From Faecalibaculum rodentium (GTDB lineage: Bacteria > Bacillota_I > Bacilli_A > Erysipelotrichales > Erysipelotrichaceae): a stretch of 32,000 nucleotides of DNA. The notes beneath the pieces are model-generated. The model made no database searches. It was not told the origin of the DNA and worked only from the letters and a program-made list of their open reading frames with translations. A program made the translations under genes and the position numbers. The stretch spans positions 1,680,001 to 1,712,000 of the forward strand of contig NZ_CP011391.1 of the NCBI RefSeq assembly GCF_001564455.1, in the 5' to 3' direction. Below are positions 24,972 to 32,000 of this stretch, piece by piece. Position 1 is the first letter of the stretch; every line of letters begins with the position of its first letter.

Positions 24972-25424
24972 ATGCAGGATATACTCAGAAAACTTCACGA
25001 ACTGCTGGCAAGACACCGGAAACTCCAGGACGACGTGGATCTGGAAAACATTCTGGAAATACTCGACCAGACATCTGTCTGGATCGCCGGAGTGGATCCA
25101 TCTTCTTTTGATTTCAAAAACCCGGTCTACGAACAGGACCTGCTCAAAAAGCTCGATCTGCCCTTCTGGCCGGATCTTCTCACAGACAACGAAGGCAACC
25201 CGTTCTTTGCCGCCTTCACGGCACCCGAAAAGGCACCCGGAAAGCTGGTGGAACCCTTCAAGTGGATCGAAATCCCGTTCCTCAAGCTCTGTTACTTCGC
25301 CGCTCACACCGGGATCACGACGGAAGTCATCCTCGATCCCTTCACCGACTGCCTCCAGCTGCCCGTCAGCCTGGTGCTGCAGTACAGCGAACAGTACGCC
25401 AAAGCCCACCCGGATCTTGCCTGA
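24972..25424 (+). CDS. Hypothetical cytoplasmic protein (possibly SseB-like)
   Basis: 150-aa ORF with GAGGTGA SD. The FFAAFTAPEKAP and EVILDPFTDCLQLP segments resemble the SseB-family pattern as I recall it. This is a weak call. Confidence 0.5.
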   Translation: MQDILRKLHELLARHRKLQDDVDLENILEILDQTSVWIAGVDPSSFDFKNPVYEQDLLKKLDLPFWPDLLTDNEGNPFFAAFTAPEKAPGKLVEPFKWIEIPFLKLCYFAAHTGITTEVILDPFTDCLQLPVSLVLQYSEQYAKAHPDLA

Positions 25425-25440
25425 TCCGGGCTTTTTCTTT
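25409..25440 (+). terminator. Rho-independent terminator overlapping the stop codon of the 150-aa ORF
   Basis: CCCGGATC (25409-25416), loop TTGCCT, GATCCGGG (25423-25430), C, TTTTTCTTT. Confidence 0.75.
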
Positions 25441-25548
25441 CCGACGGACGATCCCATCCGGCATCACAGCCATCCCCGGCTCCCGCCTTTTCGATGCTTA
25501 AGTCCGGCTGCTCTTGAAAGGCACCCCCGTTTCTGTTTCCATATCCTC

Positions 25549-26949
25549 ATGAACACCACACAACGTTCCCTGCAAGACCTGCGCCAGGGCGTGTCCCTTT
25601 CTGCCGGCAGGCAGTACAGCCTGATTTTCCGCCTGGCGCTTCCCGCCATTCTCGCCCAGGTCGCCGGGACCCTGATGCAGCTCATCGACGCCTCCATGGC
25701 CGGCCGCCTGGGATCCCTGGCCGCGGCCTCCATCGGCCTGGTCGCCTCCAGCACCTGGCTCTTTTCCGGCATCTGCCGGGGTGTCATCTTCGGCTTCTCC
25801 GTCCAGACCGCCCAGACCATCGGCGCCGGGAATGATGAACTCGCCGCCCGGATCTGCCGGCAGGGACTGGCCGCGATCCTGCTCTTTGCCCTCACATTCG
25901 CCGTGACCGGACTGTTTGTGGCCCCCCACCTGCCCCTCTGGCTCCATGGTGAACCGGCCATCCAGTCCATGGCCTCCGCCTACTTTGGCTGGTGGTGTCT
26001 TTTCCTGCCCTTTCTCATGCTCAACGAATGGGCCGTGCAGATGCTCCAGGCCACGGGCAATACCAGGCTTCCGGGGATGCTGCAGATCCTCATGTGTGCC
26101 CTGGATGTAGTCTTCAACTGGTTTTTCATCTTCCAGCTGAACCTCGGTGTGGCCGGAGCCGCCATCGGCACCGGAGCGGCAGCCATGTGCACCAGTCTGT
26201 ACCTCGCCTGGTTCACCCTGGTCCGGTCCCCGTTTCTTTCCGGCCACCATTCCTTCCGGTTCCGGAAAGAGACCATACAGCGGGCGGTCAAGATTGGCCT
26301 GCCCGTCAGTGTGGAGCAGCTCGTCACGGGCAGCGGCTATGTCATATTCACGCGCATCGTCGCCGGACTGGGCAGCATTTCCGTTGCAGCCAACAGCTTT
26401 TCCATCACCGCCGAGAGCCTGGCCTATATGCCGGGGTTCGGAATCGCCTCTGCCGCCAGTGCCATCATTGGCCAGTGTGTGGGTGCCGGGCGCAAAACAC
26501 TCACCCGGTCCCTTGCGTGGCGGATCGAACTGGCGGGCATCACCGTCATGTCCGTCATGGGCATTGCCCTCTGGTTTCTGTCCCCTGCCCTCATGCAGCT
26601 GCTCTCCGTGGATCCTGCGGTCCAGGACCTGGGCACCCGCGTGCTGCGGATCGAGGCATTCGCCGAACCCATGTACGGCGCCGCGATCGTGGCCACAGGC
26701 ATTCTCCGCGGCAAGGGCGACACCCTGTGGCCGACCATCATTTCCCTGGTCTCCAACTGGGGTCTGCGGATTCCCTTTGCGGCGGCCATGACAGGATACG
26801 GCCTGCCTGGTGTCTGGTTTGCCATGGCGTTCGAGCTGAACTGCCGGGGCCTGCTGTTCCTGTTCCGCCTGTGCCGGTCATTCCCGAAGGACCGGATTGC
26901 ATCCTCCGATTCCACACAAACGGAAAATACGGGTCCCGCCGCGGCTTGA
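25549..26949 (+). CDS. MATE-family efflux transporter
   Basis: True start MNTTQRSLQDLRQGVSLSAGRQYSLIFRLALPAILAQVAGTLMQLIDASMAG at 25549. The ORF-track frame opens at 24919 but is non-coding before that. 12-TM MATE pattern, 466 aa. No obvious SD. Confidence 0.85.
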   Translation: MNTTQRSLQDLRQGVSLSAGRQYSLIFRLALPAILAQVAGTLMQLIDASMAGRLGSLAAASIGLVASSTWLFSGICRGVIFGFSVQTAQTIGAGNDELAARICRQGLAAILLFALTFAVTGLFVAPHLPLWLHGEPAIQSMASAYFGWWCLFLPFLMLNEWAVQMLQATGNTRLPGMLQILMCALDVVFNWFFIFQLNLGVAGAAIGTGAAAMCTSLYLAWFTLVRSPFLSGHHSFRFRKETIQRAVKIGLPVSVEQLVTGSGYVIFTRIVAGLGSISVAANSFSITAESLAYMPGFGIASAASAIIGQCVGAGRKTLTRSLAWRIELAGITVMSVMGIALWFLSPALMQLLSVDPAVQDLGTRVLRIEAFAEPMYGAAIVATGILRGKGDTLWPTIISLVSNWGLRIPFAAAMTGYGLPGVWFAMAFELNCRGLLFLFRLCRSFPKDRIASSDSTQTENTGPAAA

Positions 26950-26982
26950 GTGCCGGGCAGGACCCGTGTTTGTTTTCAATGA
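26929..26982. terminator. GC-rich hairpin with flanking A-rich/T-rich tracts between the convergent MATE and radical SAM genes
   Basis: ACGGGTCC (26929-26936) pairs with GGACCCGT (26960-26967) around a 23-nt GC-rich interior, followed by GTGTTTGTTTTC. It overlaps the MATE stop codon. Confidence 0.45.
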
Positions 26983-27108
26983 TTCAGTCAGGCAGCCATG
27001 GCCTTGGTACCGATGCAGGCGATGCGTTGCCTCCTGCCGATGCAGGCAGAAACCGGGTTCCACTGAATACCAGCCGGATCAGCCATCATCGGCATCGACT
27101 GTCGCTGT

Positions 27109-28536
27109 CTACAGCTGTGACTGACGGCGCTGTTCTTCGCGCAGGGTCGCCACCTCCGCCGGCGTCAGATGCGGATGGGCAGCCATCAGTTCCTGCGCCT
27201 TGGGCGCCCAGTCAGCTGCATAGTCCACACACTTGGCGCAGAGGTGTTCCGGGGTTTCCGGGCTCTGGAGGTCCGTGCTCACGGCATCGACGTCGTGAAC
27301 GATCTTTCCCAGAATCTCGGGGTTTTCCAGCATGGGACAGGGCTGCAGGTGGTTGCAGTTGAAGGGCTGGTGTTTCTGGTACTCCTGGAAGAGCGGCTGG
27401 GAGAGGCACTCCAGGAGTGTCTTGTCGTGGATGTTCGCATTGGAGTAGTGAATGAACACACAGGGTTCCACATCGCCGTTGGGGTTGATGTGGCAGTAGA
27501 AGCGGCCGCCTGCAATGCACCCCTGCACAAACTCGCCGTCGTTCTGGAAGTCAAAGGTGAAGATTGGTTTGCCGCCGTCGAAGTCGCGGATCTCACGGAC
27601 GCGGTGATACATGTATTCCCGCTGTTCCGGAGTCAGCAGCAGTTCGGTGCTGGCTTCGTTGCCGACAGGCATGTAGTGGAAATACCAGTTATAGCGCACA
27701 CCATGGTCAATGAGGAAATCCAGGAACTCGTCGCTGGTGACCATTTTGTAGTTCTTCGATGTGTAGCAGATGCTCGTGCCGAAGACCAGGCCGTGGTTTT
27801 TCAGGATCTCCATGGCCTTCACCACTTCCTGGAATGATCCCTCGCCGCGCCGCGCATCGTTGTCTCCCTCGAATCCCTCAATGGAGAGCGCCAGGGAAAT
27901 GTTGCCGAGTTCGCGCATGGTTTCCGCAAATTCATCCGTGATCAGGGAACCGTTTGTGAAGGCATAGAACATGGATTTCGGGAATTCCCGGGCCAGTCGG
28001 ATGATGTCGTCCTTGCGCACCAGGGGTTCTCCGCCGGTCATCATATAGAAGTAAATGCCCAGTTCCTCGCCCTGGCGGACAATGGAAGCCAGGTCTTCGT
28101 AGGACAGGTTCAGCCGGTTGCCGTATTCCGCCGACCAGCAGCCGATGCAGTGCTTGTTGCAGGCACTGGTGGGGTCCATGAGGATGATCCACGGGATCCG
28201 GTAACCGTGCTCTTCCTCGAACCGGTTGGTTTTCGCATAGCCGTAGAACCCCGCCTGGTAGCCGATGTTCAGGATGTGGGTCTTCACCACATGGGGATCC
28301 AGGTCATCGAGCATGGAATTCACGTACTTCATCCACTTGTTGTCCGGATCGGCGATCATGCGCCTTGCGCCGTCGAACACTGCATCGGGGTACAGGTCGC
28401 CGACGAGATATTCCGAGATGTCCACCAGCCGGTTGAGGCCTTTCACACGGTCCTTGTTGACGTATTTCAGTACACCGTCGACGGTCGCGCCGACGGCTTT
28501 CCGTGTTGCGGCGCCTTTGAATTTTTCAAATGCCAT
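27109..28536 (-). CDS. Radical SAM enzyme with C-terminal SPASM-like Cys-rich domain and ~125-aa N-terminal extension (substrate unknown)
   Basis: Probable start MAFEKFKGAATRK (complement 28534-28536). CX3CX2C motif in MDPTSACNKHCIGCWSAEYG, then GGEPL. C-terminal cysteines occur in GCIAGGRFYCHINPNGDVEPCVFIHYS...FNCNHLQPCPMLENP...LCAKC. A TATAAT box lies at the complement of 28570-28575. Confidence 0.85.
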   Translation of the reverse strand: MAFEKFKGAATRKAVGATVDGVLKYVNKDRVKGLNRLVDISEYLVGDLYPDAVFDGARRMIADPDNKWMKYVNSMLDDLDPHVVKTHILNIGYQAGFYGYAKTNRFEEEHGYRIPWIILMDPTSACNKHCIGCWSAEYGNRLNLSYEDLASIVRQGEELGIYFYMMTGGEPLVRKDDIIRLAREFPKSMFYAFTNGSLITDEFAETMRELGNISLALSIEGFEGDNDARRGEGSFQEVVKAMEILKNHGLVFGTSICYTSKNYKMVTSDEFLDFLIDHGVRYNWYFHYMPVGNEASTELLLTPEQREYMYHRVREIRDFDGGKPIFTFDFQNDGEFVQGCIAGGRFYCHINPNGDVEPCVFIHYSNANIHDKTLLECLSQPLFQEYQKHQPFNCNHLQPCPMLENPEILGKIVHDVDAVSTDLQSPETPEHLCAKCVDYAADWAPKAQELMAAHPHLTPAEVATLREEQRRQSQL

Positions 28537-28697
28537 GGGAGATGCAACCTTCTTTCTTCTTACTGCAAGATTATACAGGTGTCCCAATTGTAAACCACGG
28601 TCAGATGCCCGGATGTGTCTGTCTCCTGCAGCCGGGATTGCGAGGGGCAACTTCTGATACAATGAATCTGTATGCGATTTTGAAAGGAGGAACCATC

Positions 28698-29528
28698 ATG
28701 AAACAGCTTCTGTTTGCCTCCGACCTGGATGGCACGCTGCTCAATGCGGCACATGAAACAGATGAAGAGATCCTGACGGGGATGCAGGAACTGGCCAGAC
28801 AGAACGCGGCGGTGGCCGTGAGCACGGGACGCAGTGTCTCCATGTGCCGCTCCCTGGGATTTCCCCCGGGCCCAAAGGTGCTCATGAACGGGGCCCTGGC
28901 CCTGGATGCACAGGATCAGGTGGTGTACGACCAGCCGCTTCCGGCTGCCATTGTGGCGGAGCTCATGGATCTGTTCCCGGACCTGCCCTTCGAGTTCTGC
29001 ACCACTGACTGCACGCTGACAAGACAAAGCCGCCAGGAAACCATTGGCAATTTTCAGCGGCGCTGGGCAAAGCGGGGAAAGCCCCGCAGGAACGCGGATT
29101 TCGACAAAATGTTCCAGGGACACCGGAATGACCAGACAAGGGAACAGATCCTGGACCAGACCATATACAAGATCAACTGCAACCGGGAGGACAGTGAAGA
29201 CTGCCGGCGGCTGGAAACCTGGCTGGCGGCGCATCCCGAGGTGGTGAACACCCCCAGTGACGAGGTGCTCTATGAAATTTCCGCAGCCAGCGCCACGAAG
29301 GGACTGGCGGTGCAGGCACTGGCCGGTCACCTGGGGATCCCCCATGACCAGGTGGCGGTGTTCGGGGACGGAATCAACGACCTGAGCATGTTCGAACTCT
29401 TTGCGCACAGCTATGCGCCGTCCACAGGACAGCCCGAGGTGCAGGCAGCGGCCAGTGAAGTGCTGGACGGATCCGATGAACACTGCGTGATCCGGAAAAT
29501 GAAGGAGCTCAGAGAACAATGGCAGTGA
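28698..29528 (+). CDS. Cof-type HAD-IIB phosphatase
   Basis: True start MKQLLFASDLDGTLL at 28698, 7 nt after AAAGGAGGA. HAD motif I DLDGT, and motif IV GDGINDLSMF. Confidence 0.85.
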   Translation: MKQLLFASDLDGTLLNAAHETDEEILTGMQELARQNAAVAVSTGRSVSMCRSLGFPPGPKVLMNGALALDAQDQVVYDQPLPAAIVAELMDLFPDLPFEFCTTDCTLTRQSRQETIGNFQRRWAKRGKPRRNADFDKMFQGHRNDQTREQILDQTIYKINCNREDSEDCRRLETWLAAHPEVVNTPSDEVLYEISAASATKGLAVQALAGHLGIPHDQVAVFGDGINDLSMFELFAHSYAPSTGQPEVQAAASEVLDGSDEHCVIRKMKELREQWQ

Positions 29529-30331
29529 AACTGTTTTTCACGGACCTGGACGGCACCCTCATGGTCAACCACCGGCTGGATTCCCGCATCCGTCAGGGAA
29601 TCGAGGCCCTCCGCAGGCAGGGCGGTCACGTGATTTTCAATACCGGACGCCCGCCCATGTCCGTCTGGCAGATGCAACCTGAAGTGGACTGGCTCATCTG
29701 CGCCAACGGGGCCCTGATTTATGATGGCGAGGGGGAGCTGGTGAGCGAAAAGCGCATCGACCCGAAGGATCTGCGGGACTTTGTGATGACCTTCGGGAGC
29801 GAACCCATCGAGATCGTGACAAAGGACGGTGTCTACAGCAACGCGAGTCTCGGGGAACTCTCCCGGATGTTCCTGAAACGAAAGGGGCTTCCGGCGATTC
29901 CCGTGTTCTCCTTCCTGCTGCCACCGTTTCTCAAGTCCTGGGAAACCAGAGTTCCTGCCGGGACGCTGATGGGCCTGCCGGCGGTGAAGCTGGAGATCCA
30001 CGATGCGGATCCCGAAAAAATGAAACGGTTCCTGGACCGCCATCCGGATCTCGTGAATGCCCCGAGCATGAGCGGGCTCTCGGAAATCACCCGCCGGGAT
30101 GCCACGAAGGGAACTGCGGCGCTGGAGGTCCTGGACCTTCTGCAGATGGATGCGGGCCAGGCGGCGGCCTTTGGCGATGGCATCAACGACATCACGCTCC
30201 TGGAGGCGATTCCCGAAAGCTATGCCCCGGAAACCGGCAGCGAACAGGCAAAGAACGCTGCCGCCCACATTCTGCCCATGCCGGATGACCACGCAGTGAT
30301 CCGCAAAATGGAGGAACTCATCCGTGGATAA
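29519..30331 (+). CDS. Cof-type HAD-IIB phosphatase (tandem paralog)
   Basis: MAVKLFFTDLDGTLMV...GDGINDITLLE. Its start overlaps the upstream gene by 10 nt. Confidence 0.85.
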   Translation: MAVKLFFTDLDGTLMVNHRLDSRIRQGIEALRRQGGHVIFNTGRPPMSVWQMQPEVDWLICANGALIYDGEGELVSEKRIDPKDLRDFVMTFGSEPIEIVTKDGVYSNASLGELSRMFLKRKGLPAIPVFSFLLPPFLKSWETRVPAGTLMGLPAVKLEIHDADPEKMKRFLDRHPDLVNAPSMSGLSEITRRDATKGTAALEVLDLLQMDAGQAAAFGDGINDITLLEAIPESYAPETGSEQAKNAAAHILPMPDDHAVIRKMEELIRG

Positions 30332-30998
30332 GGAATCGGAATCCATCGTTCTGGGCACGCTTCTGGCGATCTCCGGCGGCCTCATGGATGCCTATTCCTA
30401 TATCCTGCGGGGGCAGGTGTTCGCCAATGCTCAGACCGGGAACATCCTCTTCCTGGGAATCTACCTGTGTTCCGGACAGTGGCGGGAAGTGATCCACTAT
30501 CTCTTCCCCGTCGCCGGATTCACCGCCGGGATCTTCATCTCGGAACTCATGCACCTCTCCCGGCTGCACCCGGTGCACTGGAAACAGACGATCCTGCTCG
30601 CCGAGGCGTTTCTGCTGCTGCTGGTGCCGTTCATTCCCCTGGATCTCTTTGCGAACTCCCTGACGTCCTTTGTCTGCGGCATGCAGGTCCAGACCTTCCG
30701 GAAGCTTCGGGGCCATCCCTTTGCCACGACGATGTGCATTGGCAACCTGCGCTCCGGCACAGTCTCCGCCGTCAACTGGCTCTGTCACCGGGAAGACCAC
30801 CATCTGCGGGCCGCGGGAGCCTACTACTATGTGATTTTATGTTTCGTCATAGGTGCGGTGATCGGCAATGCCCTGGCACCTGTGACGGGGCTGTTCACCA
30901 TTGCGGGCTGCACCGTGCTGCTCATGGTGTCGTGGGTGATTCTTCACTTCCAGCACCGGAAAAGCCAGCATACGCTGGATGAACTGGATCAGTTCTGA
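30324..30998 (+). CDS. YoaK/DUF1275-family membrane protein
   Basis: GTG start at 30324, 8 nt after GGAGGA, overlapping the upstream stop. LGTLLAISGGLMDAYSYILRGQVFANAQTGNILFLG is the DUF1275 signature as I recall it. 6 TM segments. Confidence 0.8.
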   Translation: MDKESESIVLGTLLAISGGLMDAYSYILRGQVFANAQTGNILFLGIYLCSGQWREVIHYLFPVAGFTAGIFISELMHLSRLHPVHWKQTILLAEAFLLLLVPFIPLDLFANSLTSFVCGMQVQTFRKLRGHPFATTMCIGNLRSGTVSAVNWLCHREDHHLRAAGAYYYVILCFVIGAVIGNALAPVTGLFTIAGCTVLLMVSWVILHFQHRKSQHTLDELDQF

Positions 30999-31029
30999 GG
31001 AAGAAGAACCCAGTCTGTCCCGAATACAC

Positions 31030-31061
31030 AAAAAGAACCGGCATCGTGTCCGGTTCTTTTT
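31030..31061. terminator. Bidirectional rho-independent terminator after the yoaK-like gene
   Basis: AAAAA, GAACCGG (31035-31041), 8-nt loop, CCGGTTC (31050-31056), TTTTT. Confidence 0.75.
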
Positions 31062-31325
31062 GTGTCCGAGAGACAGGCCAGAGATGCCGATGATGGCAAA
31101 TCCCGTCCGTCTTCAGGGTTTTTACTTGCAGCGCTTCTTCTTCAGGATCGCGAGGATGCCCGCAACCGACAATGCCTGCTGCTCTCACCCGATTCATTTC
31201 ACATAGGACCAGGTCATTCTTTCCGGGCCGGCAGGCAAGCCATGTTATCGTGTCAGTGCATACCGTTGAGAGGCTTTCTGTGGTCCTTTCCTGCATGTCG
31301 CATCATGCATGTTCAGCTGAAACGC

Positions 31326-31366
31326 AAAAAACCTGCCGGCCGTTCATTGGCCTGACAGGTTTTTTG
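31326..31366. terminator. Bidirectional terminator downstream of tpx
   Basis: AAAAAA, CCTGCCGGCC, GTTCATT, GGCCTGACAGG (imperfect, internal bulge), TTTTTT. Confidence 0.7.
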
Positions 31367-31393
31367 CATATCTTCCTGCTTGTTGTACCGCGT

Positions 31394-31882
31394 TTACTTC
31401 TTCACGCCCGCAGCTTCCAGGGCCTTGTCGTAGTCCGGCTCCTGCGTGACTTCATCCACATACTCGTCGTACAGAATCTCGCCCGCAGGGTTGACCACAA
31501 ACACAGCCCGTGCCAGCAGACCGTTTTCCGCCATCCGCACACCCGCGGCTTTCGCAAAACTGCGGTCCTTGAAATCGGATGTGGCGATCAGGTTGTCGTT
31601 CTGTTCCATGTCCATCCAGCGCTTCAGCGCAAAGGGCAGGTCCATGGACACCGATATCAGTTTTACATCCGTGCCCTCCAGGGCGTGCATGAATTTGGCC
31701 AGCTCCGCGGAGCAGACCGGCGTGTCGGCACTGGGAACCGAGAGGATGATTTTCGTTCCTTCGATCTTCATGGGATCGATCTGGGCCAGGTTCACGTCAG
31801 TGACCGTGAAATCCGGCATGATGCTTCCGGGCTTGAGCCGGGTGCCTTCCAGCGTCACGGGAGCGCCTGCAAATGTTGTCAT
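31394..31882 (-). CDS. tpx: Thiol peroxidase (atypical 2-Cys peroxiredoxin)
   Basis: 162-aa ORF. PDFTVTD...KIILSVPSADTPVCSAE...ATSDFKDRSFAKAAGV...GLLARAVFVV is the canonical Tpx pattern. AGGAGG lies 8 nt upstream of the ATG. Confidence 0.92.
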   Translation of the reverse strand: MTTFAGAPVTLEGTRLKPGSIMPDFTVTDVNLAQIDPMKIEGTKIILSVPSADTPVCSAELAKFMHALEGTDVKLISVSMDLPFALKRWMDMEQNDNLIATSDFKDRSFAKAAGVRMAENGLLARAVFVVNPAGEILYDEYVDEVTQEPDYDKALEAAGVKK

Positions 31883-31946
31883 ATTGATGTCCTCCTGCAG
31901 GCATTTTCCCCGGTTTTTCTCATTCCTGCATGTCTGATGCCCGACA

Positions 31947-32000
31947 TCAGTCTGCGCAGAGCCTGTAGCCGATCCCTTTCTTCGTTTCGATGAACCCCGC
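31947..32000 (-). CDS. 3' end of an OmpR/PhoB-type response regulator gene (last 17 codons only)
   Basis: The reverse strand reads AGFIETKKGIGYRLCAD-stop (stop = complement of 31947-31949). ..IETxxGxGYRL is the typical winged-helix C-terminus. The fragment is too short for certainty. Confidence 0.45.
   Translation of the reverse strand, partial: AGFIETKKGIGYRLCAD

Noticed and set aside
30922-31355. ORFs of 124 aa (minus), 97 aa and 75 aa (plus) in the yoaK-tpx gap
   Set aside because: They overlap the yoaK coding end and both terminators, lack an SD and have no motifs. The region is reported as gene-less instead.

Overview
This looks like a high-GC Bacillota-type chromosomal segment. The evidence is a T-box leader, the rodZ(ymfM)-pgsA-cinA-recA gene order, lipobox lipoproteins and AGGAGG-type ribosome binding sites (RBS). 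The taxon is my inference only. Left third (1-10.2 kb): two minus-strand uptake operons, one for polar amino acids (binding protein, permease, ATPase) and one T-box-controlled metN-metI-metQ. It also holds two translationally coupled small membrane proteins, a truncated amidohydrolase-like protein lacking the metal-binding motif, an alpha/beta hydrolase, and a pncA-pncB NAD-salvage pair. Middle (about 10.2-21.6 kb) is by eye more AT-rich and looks accessory. It contains a PPC/DUF296 protein, a solo Rpn/YhgA-type PD-(D/E)XK nuclease gene with an internal in-frame Shine-Dalgarno (SD) plus ATG, a 7.5-kb gene for a ~2,500-aa repeat adhesin, and an IS110-family element inserted between that gene and recA. 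Right third: the rodZ-pgsA-cinA(C-domain only)-recA operon, an SseB-like protein, a MATE exporter, an orphan radical SAM/SPASM enzyme, two tandem Cof-type HAD phosphatases, YoaK/DUF1275, tpx, and the 3' tip of a response-regulator gene. I saw no rRNA, tRNA or CRISPR array. I did not find an unambiguous new multi-gene system. The best leads are: (1) the Rpn nuclease with a possible intragenic small protein; (2) the long structured non-coding flanks of the IS110 element, a bridge-RNA candidate, and its position next to the adhesin promoter; (3) the orphan radical SAM/SPASM enzyme; (4) the overlapping divergent promoters with repeats at pncA/PPC. Many long ORFs in the track are antisense artefacts of high GC content, and several true genes start downstream of the ORF-track start.
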